A DNA stretch of 64,000 nt from an uncultured Bacilli bacterium. GTDB taxonomy: Bacteria > Bacillota_I > Bacilli_A > RF39 > UBA660. The DNA lies in assembly GCA_947632595.1 (NCBI GenBank), contig CANRPY010000001.1, forward strand, positions 2,457 through 66,456, written 5' to 3'. How positions within the stretch are numbered: the first letter of the stretch is position 1; every line of letters starts with the position of its first letter. A model generated the notes under the pieces. The model ran no database searches, was not told where the DNA came from, and saw only the letters and a program-made list of their open reading frames with translations. Shown in pieces: positions 1 through 8,220 of the stretch. The position numbers were made by a program, and so were the translations under genes.

Positions 1-1227
1 AACAGTACTTGCTCTTCTATTCAAAGTTTCATGATTAAGAATATCAGTATATTCTTTCATAAATTTAATTATTTGTTCTTTGCTAGGTATCTTTTTATTT
101 TCTATATAGTATTTATATGAATTATAAAACACTTTATGTTTTAATATGGCCTCTATTAGTTTTTCATTTCTGCTTTTCATATCAAGATTTATAATTGCAA
201 ATCCTAATGGTGTTAAAAGATATTCATTATTTGTTCTATCAATTATTCCAAGATATTTAGCAGCTGCTAAATAATAGTTCCCTTGTCTAACATCAAATTC
301 ATATTCTTCTGCAATAGAATTTGCCGTATTTATTTTTGAATCAATCAAATCAGCAATACCAATTATTCTATTGAAAGAGTCGGCTTGGGGAAAGGGAACT
401 TCTGATTGTGGCAAATCATTTACAGTTTCTGTTCTTTCCATAATCTCTTGTTTTATTTCATCAGAGTTTTTATTATTTATGATGTATCTTTTAATTTCTT
501 TTAATTCCAATGAATTGTAATTATATATATCTGCAAAATTATAAATAAAGAATGTATAAATACCATTATCATATGCAAAGAAAATAGGAATTAATTTTTT
601 TGATAATTTATCAAACCAATGTCTATATGGAAAATATAACTGCCTTATCACAAAATCTTTTGGTAAGTAATTTTTTGCTTCTATTAATATCACCTTTGTT
701 TTTCCTTCATAACCACCATCAATTTCCATTGCTGGCCTATTTACACTAATTCTTGTTTTTCCATTTACACCATTTATTTCAAAACTGAAACCTGTTGCTC
801 TCATTTTTCCTTGAATAGTTTCGGCAACTTCTTCACCAATTGCATCCTCAATCATTCCTGAAAGAAGTGCTACATTCAACGCATTACTTTCTGAATAAAT
901 ATTATCCGGATCTATCGTTTCAATATAAGAAGGAAATTGCATTTTTTTTGGTTCAATATTTTCATATTTTGTTTTTGATATATCTTTAAACAAATCATAT
1001 TTTCCTATAATATATTCTCCATTATCAATTGGAAGTATCCCCAAATTGTTATTTTTAAAAATATTTGGTAACTGACTTGAAAAATCAAATTTTGTCATCA
1101 AACGCGGTTCTTTATAGTATCTAATTTCATCAGCGGTAATCATAAAATATCCATTTTTTTGTATTTCATCTATGATATGATAGTCATTAAATATTTCTTC
1201 CCAAAGTTCAGCAACTGTTTTTTTCAT
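1..1227 (-). CDS. PD-(D/E)XK restriction-endonuclease-like protein with C-terminal helical (wHTH-like) region. The N-terminus is complete; the C-terminus runs off the left window edge.
   Basis: Not in the ORF track because no stop lies in the window. ATG at 1227-1225 is preceded by a GGGGG SD. My own translation stays open to position 1 (409 codons): MKKTVAELWEEIF... It contains EIDGGYEGKTKVILIEAKN (D...ExK nuclease core) and later RQGNYYLAAAKYLGII. It lies 12 nt downstream of the preceding gene on the same strand. Confidence 0.6.
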   Translation of the reverse strand, partial: MKKTVAELWEEIFNDYHIIDEIQKNGYFMITADEIRYYKEPRLMTKFDFSSQLPNIFKNNNLGILPIDNGEYIIGKYDLFKDISKTKYENIEPKKMQFPSYIETIDPDNIYSESNALNVALLSGMIEDAIGEEVAETIQGKMRATGFSFEINGVNGKTRISVNRPAMEIDGGYEGKTKVILIEAKNYLPKDFVIRQLYFPYRHWFDKLSKKLIPIFFAYDNGIYTFFIYNFADIYNYNSLELKEIKRYIINNKNSDEIKQEIMERTETVNDLPQSEVPFPQADSFNRIIGIADLIDSKINTANSIAEEYEFDVRQGNYYLAAAKYLGIIDRTNNEYLLTPLGFAIINLDMKSRNEKLIEAILKHKVFYNSYKYYIENKKIPSKEQIIKFMKEYTDILNHETLNRRASTV

Positions 1228-1239
1228 AGATCCCCCTAC

Positions 1240-2265
1240 CTATTGTTTTTTATTACCTTCAATTTTTGTAAGCATATTTTTTACTAATTTATCTATTTTC
1301 TTTAGTTCAAATTCGATATTATTTATATTTTCATCTTTTAATAATTTATCCGTGTATGAATCTTCTTGGATTCTTTTTCTAAAGTTAGTAATAAATTGAA
1401 AATTGTTATCCATTTTTCCAGAACTAGCCACAATATCATAGCCAGAATAAATATCTTCTTCACCCATAGCTATATCTTTTAATATTTTCCTAGATAACTT
1501 ATCATTTACCTTACTAACATCTCCCAGTTTTCTTATATCGATAGCCATTCTAATATTGTTATTTTTAATATCTGATACAATTTTGTCTTCTAGACCAGGG
1601 ACTTCATCAAATGCTTTTTTTATTCCTCTATTCTTAAGCATTTCTTCATAATAACTCCATTTGCTAGGATGATTATCATCATGTTCAATCATATATTCAT
1701 AAACATCAATCAATTTCTTTATATATGAAGTAGTAATTCCTAATTCAGTTGCTAAGATCTCTATCGGTTTATTACTATCATTAATTGTTCTATATAAATA
1801 ACCCGCTTGTTCATATGGATTCCAGTCTTTACGACCAATAATATGAAATTGCCCTAATAACGTAAACACTGCAGAATCAGGGATATCAGCAGGCAATAGA
1901 GTTACTTTGATCTTTGCCCATCTAATAGGATCTTGTTTATTTAGTAGCCTATAAGCAGCTAATCTACTATTTCCTTCTAAAACAACCATATCGCCATCTC
2001 TTACAAAGATTGGTTCTATTAATCCGCCATTTGATTTAATTGATTCCTTTAATTGCTTTATACGGTCATCTCTGCACATTACTTCTTCAATTTGTTCTTG
2101 GGATGGTTTTTCATCACCAATGTTTAAGACACTATATACTCTAGGGTTTTCTGGAAAGAATTTAAGTTTACTTTGTTCTAACTCACATTTTATAACCTTA
2201 TATTTTTCTTTTCCTATAGTCATCATTTCTTCTACAGTATTTTCCATTCTATTCCTCCTCTTCAA
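1240..2265 (-). CDS. ParB/Srx-fold (ParB N-terminal domain-like) protein, paralog 2
   Basis: GGLIEPIFVRDGDMVVLEGNSRLAAYRLL resembles the ParB-N/Srx (D/E)GxxR box. It is collinear with the 4127-5143 product (HIIGRKDWNPYEQAGYLYR vs HLVGPREWDPYSKAKYLYN). It overlaps the SNF2 gene by 17 nt. Confidence 0.6.
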   Translation of the reverse strand: MKRRNRMENTVEEMMTIGKEKYKVIKCELEQSKLKFFPENPRVYSVLNIGDEKPSQEQIEEVMCRDDRIKQLKESIKSNGGLIEPIFVRDGDMVVLEGNSRLAAYRLLNKQDPIRWAKIKVTLLPADIPDSAVFTLLGQFHIIGRKDWNPYEQAGYLYRTINDSNKPIEILATELGITTSYIKKLIDVYEYMIEHDDNHPSKWSYYEEMLKNRGIKKAFDEVPGLEDKIVSDIKNNNIRMAIDIRKLGDVSKVNDKLSRKILKDIAMGEEDIYSGYDIVASSGKMDNNFQFITNFRKRIQEDSYTDKLLKDENINNIEFELKKIDKLVKNMLTKIEGNKKQ

Positions 2266-3745
2266 GAATTTTCTTTATTAGTTTGTCATATGAATAATCT
2301 GCTTCAACTTCATATTCTTCTTTTGAAATGTCATTTTGAACAAGAGAAGCAGCTTTTTCTTTTGCTTTTAATAATTTATGAATCCATTCATCAATACTTC
2401 CTCTTATCATAATGTTATAGATATTACATTCCTTTGTCTGAGATATACGATGGATTCTATCTTGAGCTTGTAAATAGTCATCTAAACTAAAGCCTCTATC
2501 ATAGAATATAGCATTATTTGCAACAGTCAATGTTAATCCTTCCTTTGCAGATTGTGGAGTGGCAATTAATACCTTTGAATCTCCTTCTTTAAACTTTTTA
2601 ACTGAATCATTTCTTTGTTCAACTGACATGCTACCACTTATTATAACTGCATTGTAATTTTCAAACACCTTTTTAAAATAATTAACATTATAAATATAGT
2701 TGGTCCAAATTATCACTTTTTCATCTCGACCTACTATTTCTTTAACTAGCGATTTAAGTTCTAGTTCTTTTCCTGATTTAAAATTAATAGTATCATCTAA
2801 CATTTTAGGATTTGAAGTTATTTGTTCTAGTCTTAATATTCTTTTCAAAACAGAAGACACATCATCAATTTCTCTTTTATTATTTTGAATTAATTCAATA
2901 TATAATCCTCTTCTTAACTTATCATACATTTTCTTTTGTTCTGGTGAAAACATGGTCCAAACATCATGATATATTTTTTCCGGCAAAGAAAGGTTTGCAC
3001 TTCTTTTAGTTTCTCTAATTGAAAAATCATTTATTCTTTCAAAGATATTAGAAATAAATTCTTCAAATTCTATTCTTTTTTCTGGACTTGAGGCAAGTTT
3101 GTTAGTTAAATCTGATTTAGATTTAAACTCTTTGTAGTCATCGCTCAAACTCTTTCCACAATCTAAAAAATATATTTGTGCCCATATATCGTAAGGTCTA
3201 TTTGCAACAGGAGTTCCAGTCATGATTACTTTTCTTATAAATAAAGGAGACAATTCAAAGAAATCTTGTGTAAGTTTAGACTCTGGATTTTTCAGTTTTG
3301 CAGATTCATCAATTATGATTCCTACATTTCTAGATTTTAAAAATAACTTAAATCTGTTTTTTTCTAAAGATACCGTTTCAAAATTTGTAATTATCAATCT
3401 CGTTGCACTGTTAAAAACATAAAAGTTACTACCTCTATTATTGTTTAATACTTTTGGGTGTAAGAAGGAATGCATTTTTGTTTCTTCTTGCCAATTTTTT
3501 ACAAGTCCTTTTTTAGTTACAATTAAAACTGTATCAATCTCTTTTTCAGATATCCAATACAGAGCAATATCTAAAGCTATTTTTGTTTTTCCTAAACCTT
3601 GCTCATGAAATATTGCAGCGTAGTCAAGATCTTTGGCAAAATCAACAGCTTGTGATTGGTAAATAAAAGATTTCATTTTTGATTCATACTTAGGTTCATT
3701 ATCTAATACTATTTTTTTCATATTCTTTGCAAACCCCCAATTCAT
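2249..3745 (-). CDS. SNF2-family ATPase/helicase (short, about 500 aa)
   Basis: Motif I HEQGLGKTKIA, motif II IIIDESAKLKN, motif III MTGTPVANRPYDIWAQIYFL, motif VI LQAQDRIHRISQ. The annotated start overlaps the upstream gene by 47 nt; internal Met starts at about 3721 or 3676 are possible. Confidence 0.85.
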   Translation of the reverse strand: MNWGFAKNMKKIVLDNEPKYESKMKSFIYQSQAVDFAKDLDYAAIFHEQGLGKTKIALDIALYWISEKEIDTVLIVTKKGLVKNWQEETKMHSFLHPKVLNNNRGSNFYVFNSATRLIITNFETVSLEKNRFKLFLKSRNVGIIIDESAKLKNPESKLTQDFFELSPLFIRKVIMTGTPVANRPYDIWAQIYFLDCGKSLSDDYKEFKSKSDLTNKLASSPEKRIEFEEFISNIFERINDFSIRETKRSANLSLPEKIYHDVWTMFSPEQKKMYDKLRRGLYIELIQNNKREIDDVSSVLKRILRLEQITSNPKMLDDTINFKSGKELELKSLVKEIVGRDEKVIIWTNYIYNVNYFKKVFENYNAVIISGSMSVEQRNDSVKKFKEGDSKVLIATPQSAKEGLTLTVANNAIFYDRGFSLDDYLQAQDRIHRISQTKECNIYNIMIRGSIDEWIHKLLKAKEKAASLVQNDISKEEYEVEADYSYDKLIKKILEEEE

Positions 3746-4127
3746 TTATTATAACTATTTTTACGCTTATATTTTCCGCAAGTTTGTTGCAAAGTCTTAT
3801 TGCAGCTTTTGTTGTTTCCCATGGAACCGCAATTACAAAGATACATTTATAACCCATATTACTTTTTTCTTTTATAAGATTGAAATAAGATTTGTATTGA
3901 AGTAAACTATGTTCTCTTTCAAAATCTTCATCTGTTTTTGCTTCACCTATAATTAAAATTTTGTCATGGCTATAAAATAAATCAGGTATGTATCCTTCTA
4001 GTGTTCTTGTAACATTTCCATTTACTTCAAAAGTATCCGATTCAATTAGCTTATTTTCAATATAACCTAATGTACTAACATATTCATAAATTTTTTTTAC
4101 TAAAGAATGATGTTTATTTGATTCCAT
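3699..4127 (-). CDS. Small (142 aa) PD-(D/E)XK nuclease-fold protein
   Basis: YIPDLFYSHDKILIIGEAKTDEDFE gives PD...(E)AK spacing typical of the restriction-endonuclease fold. ATGA start/stop overlap with the upstream ParB-like gene. Confidence 0.5.
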   Translation of the reverse strand: MESNKHHSLVKKIYEYVSTLGYIENKLIESDTFEVNGNVTRTLEGYIPDLFYSHDKILIIGEAKTDEDFEREHSLLQYKSYFNLIKEKSNMGYKCIFVIAVPWETTKAAIRLCNKLAENISVKIVIINELGVCKEYEKNSIR

Positions 4128-5143
4128 TATTCTTTGTTCATATCTTCAACAAACCAATCAACTGTTGATTTTAAATTTGTTAAAGCTGCTCCCAACTCAT
4201 TATTTCCATCTTTTATATCTTTATAATCTTTTAGTTGCATATTGTAAATTCTATTTGTTAATTCAACACATAGCTGTTCTAAAGAAACTGTCTTTAAATC
4301 TTTATATTCAGGTTTATTAGTAATTGTTTTTTCATATGCTTCTTTTATGTTACTTTTTAATAATATTTTAGTTGCTTCTTCATCTTTTAAAATTTGAGGT
4401 AATTTGCGAACATTGATAGCTGTATCTACGATTCCGTCTATTACCCACTTAGCATAGTTTTCTAAAGTAAACCTAGATAAAACTGCTTCTTTTACTGAGG
4501 CGTTTTGTAATTCAAAAAATTTTGAAAATTCTCTTTGATCAAATTCATCATCAGCTTCTAGCTGTGGTCTATAATACTTTTCCATATCTTGGTATGCATG
4601 AATAAATTTCATAATTTCGCTTGTCTTACCACCGCAAAAATCTATTATTTGATTCATCGGTAAATTTTCAACATAACATAAATTATATAAGTATTTAGCT
4701 TTTGAATAAGGGTCCCATTCTCTTGGCCCAACTAAATGAGATTGCAGCCTAATTGCATGTATTTCTTCCAAAGTTAGTTCTTCATAAACTATGGATGGAA
4801 TGGTATCCCATTCACCATCAACTCCATTTTCTTTAAATTCTTGATATATTTTTAACCTTGTATTTCCTTCTATTACAATATATTTTCCATCTTCTTGATG
4901 ATTAACTAATATTGGATGAATAATTCCTTTATTTGTTCTAATTGAGTTGAATAAACTATTAAAATTAGTTTGACTAGAATCTTCAACTCCACTTCCTAAA
5001 GCTAAAGCTAGAGCTTCGCTGGTTAGACTATCTTTATCATACATCTCAATATACTTTGCAATTCTTGGATTAGACATATCTAATTCAACTTCATTGATTT
5101 TTAAATCCTTGTAAATGCCTTTCATTTTCAATCTCCTTTTCAT
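4127..5143 (-). CDS. ParB/Srx-fold (ParB N-terminal domain-like) protein, paralog 1
   Basis: GIIHPILVNHQEDGKYIVIEGNTRLKIYQEF. ATGA overlap with the methyltransferase gene upstream. Confidence 0.6.
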   Translation of the reverse strand: MKRRLKMKGIYKDLKINEVELDMSNPRIAKYIEMYDKDSLTSEALALALGSGVEDSSQTNFNSLFNSIRTNKGIIHPILVNHQEDGKYIVIEGNTRLKIYQEFKENGVDGEWDTIPSIVYEELTLEEIHAIRLQSHLVGPREWDPYSKAKYLYNLCYVENLPMNQIIDFCGGKTSEIMKFIHAYQDMEKYYRPQLEADDEFDQREFSKFFELQNASVKEAVLSRFTLENYAKWVIDGIVDTAINVRKLPQILKDEEATKILLKSNIKEAYEKTITNKPEYKDLKTVSLEQLCVELTNRIYNMQLKDYKDIKDGNNELGAALTNLKSTVDWFVEDMNKE

Positions 5144-5973
5144 TAATAATTTGTAATTATTACTTCTTCAATTTTTCCTCTTTTTTTACCATTTGCATTT
5201 ATATTTCTTTGAGCTTTTATTACATGAATATTAAATTCATTATAAAGCTCATTAATTAATTTTGTATTATGATTTGATAGCATCACATAACACCCTTTTT
5301 TATCCAATTTTTTAAATACATCAGATAGTCTTTTTTGTTCGTCTTTACCAAAACCATTTTCAGTATAGTCATTAAATGTGGTTGTGTCTGAATCATATGG
5401 TGGATCCAAATATACAAAATCACCTTTTTTTGCTTTTTTTACTGCATCCTCATAATCACATGATAATAATTCAATTTCATTAAAGTTCAAAATACAGTGT
5501 ACTATTCCAAGATTTTGTCCTTCATATGTATTGATTTTACTTTTCTTACCAAAGGGAACATTAAATTCATTTTTACTATTCACTCTATATAACCCATTAA
5601 AACAAGCTTTATTTAAATATATAGTCCTGGCAGCTCTTTTATAGTCGGCAATTTTATTAAAACTTGATTTATCCCTATCTTTATTTCTTAGTTCATAATA
5701 ATATTTTTCTGAGTGATTTGCTTCGTGATGATTTAATTCATTACACATTTTTTCAAATTTCACTTCATCCTTGATGCATTCAAAAACATTCATTAATTCT
5801 TTATTATAGTCATTTAATACTGCTTTTTTAGGTGCTAATTCAAAAAAAACCGCTCCTCCACCGACAAATGGTTCATAATAAACATCGTATTCTTTTGGAA
5901 TATATTTTTTTATTTCTGGCATTACTTGTCTTTTCCCACCTGCCCATTTAACAAACGGCTTTCCCTTCAACAT
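5143..5973 (-). CDS. dam: Dam-family N6-adenine DNA methyltransferase
   Basis: VKWAGGKRQ near the N-terminus, SAM motif EPFVGGGAVFFEL, catalytic motif IV YLDPPY. First gene of the operon. Confidence 0.85.
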   Translation of the reverse strand: MLKGKPFVKWAGGKRQVMPEIKKYIPKEYDVYYEPFVGGGAVFFELAPKKAVLNDYNKELMNVFECIKDEVKFEKMCNELNHHEANHSEKYYYELRNKDRDKSSFNKIADYKRAARTIYLNKACFNGLYRVNSKNEFNVPFGKKSKINTYEGQNLGIVHCILNFNEIELLSCDYEDAVKKAKKGDFVYLDPPYDSDTTTFNDYTENGFGKDEQKRLSDVFKKLDKKGCYVMLSNHNTKLINELYNEFNIHVIKAQRNINANGKKRGKIEEVIITNY

Positions 5974-6281
5974 ATTAACCCTCCTGATAAGATTCTCATT
6001 TACAATTATTATACATTATTTTGCTAAAAAAAGAAATATTAACATATTTCAATAAAAGCACTTTTTCTTGGTTCTCTATTCTACCTATAATAAAACAACC
6101 GCATTTTCCTGAACTCCTTGCGATTCTTTTTTACTTTTCTGATTTACATATTCCTAGTATAATCTATCATCAAAAATATGAAGTATGTTGTATGTAGCGA
6201 ATAAAGACTTTATTTAATTTTTGCATTAAAACAATACCCGTTTCTATGTTTTTATGTTAAAGTATATAATTGTAATTATGT

Positions 6282-7076
6282 ATGGGTGTTTATAAATACT
6301 TAGATGGGGAAATTGATATGACTGGTTCTATGAAAAAACAGGTACAATTGTTTATGACTTTTGATATTTTAGGGGATACTGAGAGAACAGGACCCTTGCT
6401 TTGGCATATTGATCGAAAAAGATTAGAAGATGTTAAAAATCATATTTTAGATTTAATTCTTATTTCTCGTATTGTTAGAAAAGAACTTCCTTCTCGAATT
6501 GATTATGATCGATTAACGGATTATATTATTTGCCATGACCTACCTGAGGCAATTACTGGAGATATTACTAAATTTGAAGGTGTTAGTGATGAGGAGATTA
6601 ATCGTGTAACAGGAATTGCAGTTCAATTCTTACAAAATACTTTTGGTTCTATTATGGATATTCAAAAAAATATTGATGCCTTTGACCATTCTTCTGATTT
6701 AGAAGCTAAGATTGCGAAAATGATTGATAAAATTCATTCTGCTTCTACTTTTATAAAATATCAAAGCGAAGCTAATGTAGATATGGATAATCCTGATATT
6801 ATTCCTATTCTTAGAAATCATCCTGTTGTTGTGGAAAAAATTGCAGAGGGAAAAGATTTAGCAGATATTTTTTATGAATTTCATATGGCTTCTGTTCGCA
6901 TTAGTGATGAAGAGTGTCGTAGATATCATATTACTAGAGAAGAAGCGGATCATATTGTTGCGGTACTTAGAAGTTTTGCAGAAGAGATGTATTCCCAAAA
7001 AAGAGATGGTTCTTTATTTGATGTATATGGAGAGTTTCCAAAAGAAGCAATGAAATATAATAGAAATCGATCTTAA
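6282..7076 (+). CDS. HD-domain hydrolase, YfbR-like 5'-deoxynucleotidase family
   Basis: NHILDL...ICHDLPEAITGDITK matches the H...HDxxExxTGD pattern of YfbR-type HD phosphohydrolases. The true start may be an internal Met. Confidence 0.65.
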   Translation: MGVYKYLDGEIDMTGSMKKQVQLFMTFDILGDTERTGPLLWHIDRKRLEDVKNHILDLILISRIVRKELPSRIDYDRLTDYIICHDLPEAITGDITKFEGVSDEEINRVTGIAVQFLQNTFGSIMDIQKNIDAFDHSSDLEAKIAKMIDKIHSASTFIKYQSEANVDMDNPDIIPILRNHPVVVEKIAEGKDLADIFYEFHMASVRISDEECRRYHITREEADHIVAVLRSFAEEMYSQKRDGSLFDVYGEFPKEAMKYNRNRS

Positions 7077-7144
7077 CTATTATTTTATTGTTTCTTTTCT
7101 TTTAATTATGGTAATATTATAAATAAAGGATAGGAGGGATTTTC

Positions 7145-7489
7145 ATGGTGTGTCCTAGTTGTGGAGAAAAATTTGATCATTCTGTAGATATCTGCCCAAA
7201 GTGTGGTGCCATTTTAGGTACTCCTACTGAAGATGTTGCGGTTCCTTCTGACTTTCATTTTATTGATGATAAAGAAGATGACTCTATTGTACGGGATAGA
7301 TCTAAAAATCAAGAAAAAGAAGACTCTAAACCTTCTTCTCCAGAAGAAAAGTCCAATCATAAAAATGTAAGATCTCCTATGTTTCAAAAAATAGAACTTG
7401 TTGTTGCGATTCTTTTAGTCATTACTTTCTTTGTATTACTTATCAAAGCTTTATATGACTATGGAGTCTTATCTTTTCTTTCTTCATAA
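7145..7489 (+). CDS. Zinc-ribbon protein with C-terminal transmembrane anchor
   Basis: CPSCGEKF...CPKCG zinc ribbon, charged linker, hydrophobic ELVVAILLVITFFVLLI segment. Confidence 0.55.
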   Translation: MVCPSCGEKFDHSVDICPKCGAILGTPTEDVAVPSDFHFIDDKEDDSIVRDRSKNQEKEDSKPSSPEEKSNHKNVRSPMFQKIELVVAILLVITFFVLLIKALYDYGVLSFLSS

Positions 7490-7492
7490 GAA

Positions 7493-7512
7493 AAGCAACC
7501 TTGCGGTTGCTT
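7493..7512. terminator. Intrinsic terminator hairpin between convergent genes
   Basis: AAGCAACC-ttgc-GGTTGCTT followed by a T-run on the + strand, located between the 7489 (+) and 7519 (-) gene ends. Confidence 0.7.
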
Positions 7513-7518
7513 CTTTTT

Positions 7519-7962
7519 TTATTGTTTTTTCTTTTGTGGTTTTCTCTCAAAATGATTTAGGTAGGCAGCTAATTGATCTAAGTTTTCTGCAACAAATGCT
7601 CCGTTTTTAGCAACTAATTTAGCAGTCTTTAAAGCACATTTTAATGTATGTCCTTCAAACTTTTTACCATTTGCTTCTGTTAATAAACAGAATGCTGTTT
7701 GTTCAGGGCGTTTGTTACTATCATCTGTTACTTCTACAAATGAATAGAATCCTTCTCCTTCTGGAGTGATTACATATAGACAAACATCATCTGTTTCTCT
7801 GTGGTAATCTTCAATTGCCTGACATTCTGGTGTCCAATCTGGTACAACAGGATTAAATGTCTCTACTTTTTCTTCATTTAATTTCTTTTGTAATTCTTCT
7901 CTCCAAGTAGAATCTGCACAGGTACCTCCTAAAAATACTTTTACTTTTTCCATTTTCATCAT
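7519..7962 (-). CDS. Nucleoside 2-deoxyribosyltransferase-like protein (tentative)
   Basis: The N-terminal KVFLGGTCADSTWREEL pattern and the size (about 147 aa) resemble the Nuc_deoxyri_tr2-type Rossmann-like family. Recalled similarity only. Confidence 0.4.
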   Translation of the reverse strand: MMKMEKVKVFLGGTCADSTWREELQKKLNEEKVETFNPVVPDWTPECQAIEDYHRETDDVCLYVITPEGEGFYSFVEVTDDSNKRPEQTAFCLLTEANGKKFEGHTLKCALKTAKLVAKNGAFVAENLDQLAAYLNHFERKPQKKKQ

Positions 7963-8122
7963 TCCTTTCTTTTTGAATTAAATAAAGGCCTTGAAAAAAG
8001 TAAAATATAAAAAAGACAAGACCTTTATTGTAAAAGTCTTGTCCGAATTTGCATTCTGAAGATACGGTCACATTTGTGACGAATTGTCGTGCCTTCACAT
8101 CTAAGGACTACTCCCAATTACG
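7963..8122 (-). promoter_or_regulatory. Structured 5' leader with intrinsic terminator (candidate riboswitch/attenuator, class unknown)
   Basis: Read on the minus strand: a consensus promoter, then about 100 nt containing nested helices (ACUC..GAGU; GAAG..[GUCAC-aaau-GUGAC]..CUUC). Next comes the terminator GACAAGAC-N13-GUCUUGUC (8015-8043) followed by UUUUUU, then the RBS and ATG of the 7519-7962 gene. Confidence 0.55.
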
Positions 8123-8129
8123 AGTATTT

Positions 8130-8158
8130 ATTTTACCATACTTTTCCTGTTATGTCAA
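8130..8158 (-). promoter_or_regulatory. Sigma-A-type promoter for the leader and the 7519-7962 gene
   Basis: Minus strand: TTGACA (8158-8153), 17-nt spacer, TAAAAT (8135-8130). Confidence 0.6.
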
Positions 8159-8220
8159 TAATGTTAATAACATTTTATTAATATCTTTTTCTTCTTTGCT
8201 ATCTATGGTATACTTTTCTT

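Noticed and set aside
2700-3422. Three short + strand ORFs (62-66 aa) antisense to the SNF2 gene.
   Set aside because: They lie fully inside a well-supported minus-strand gene. Their compositions are low-complexity S/F/L/I-rich, typical of antisense frames in AT-rich DNA.
7874-8098. 74-aa minus-strand ORF covering the leader region upstream of 7519-7962.
   Set aside because: It spans the promoter-proximal leader and the intrinsic terminator and overlaps the downstream gene out of frame. The region is better explained as non-coding regulatory RNA.
7963-8122. Possible THF-I riboswitch identity, suggested by a GGGAGUAG segment resembling the conserved GAGUAG of that class.
   Set aside because: I could not find the closing P1 complement, or the conserved downstream blocks I associate with THF-I. 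The downstream gene is also not a folate transporter or biosynthesis gene. It is kept only as an unclassified leader.
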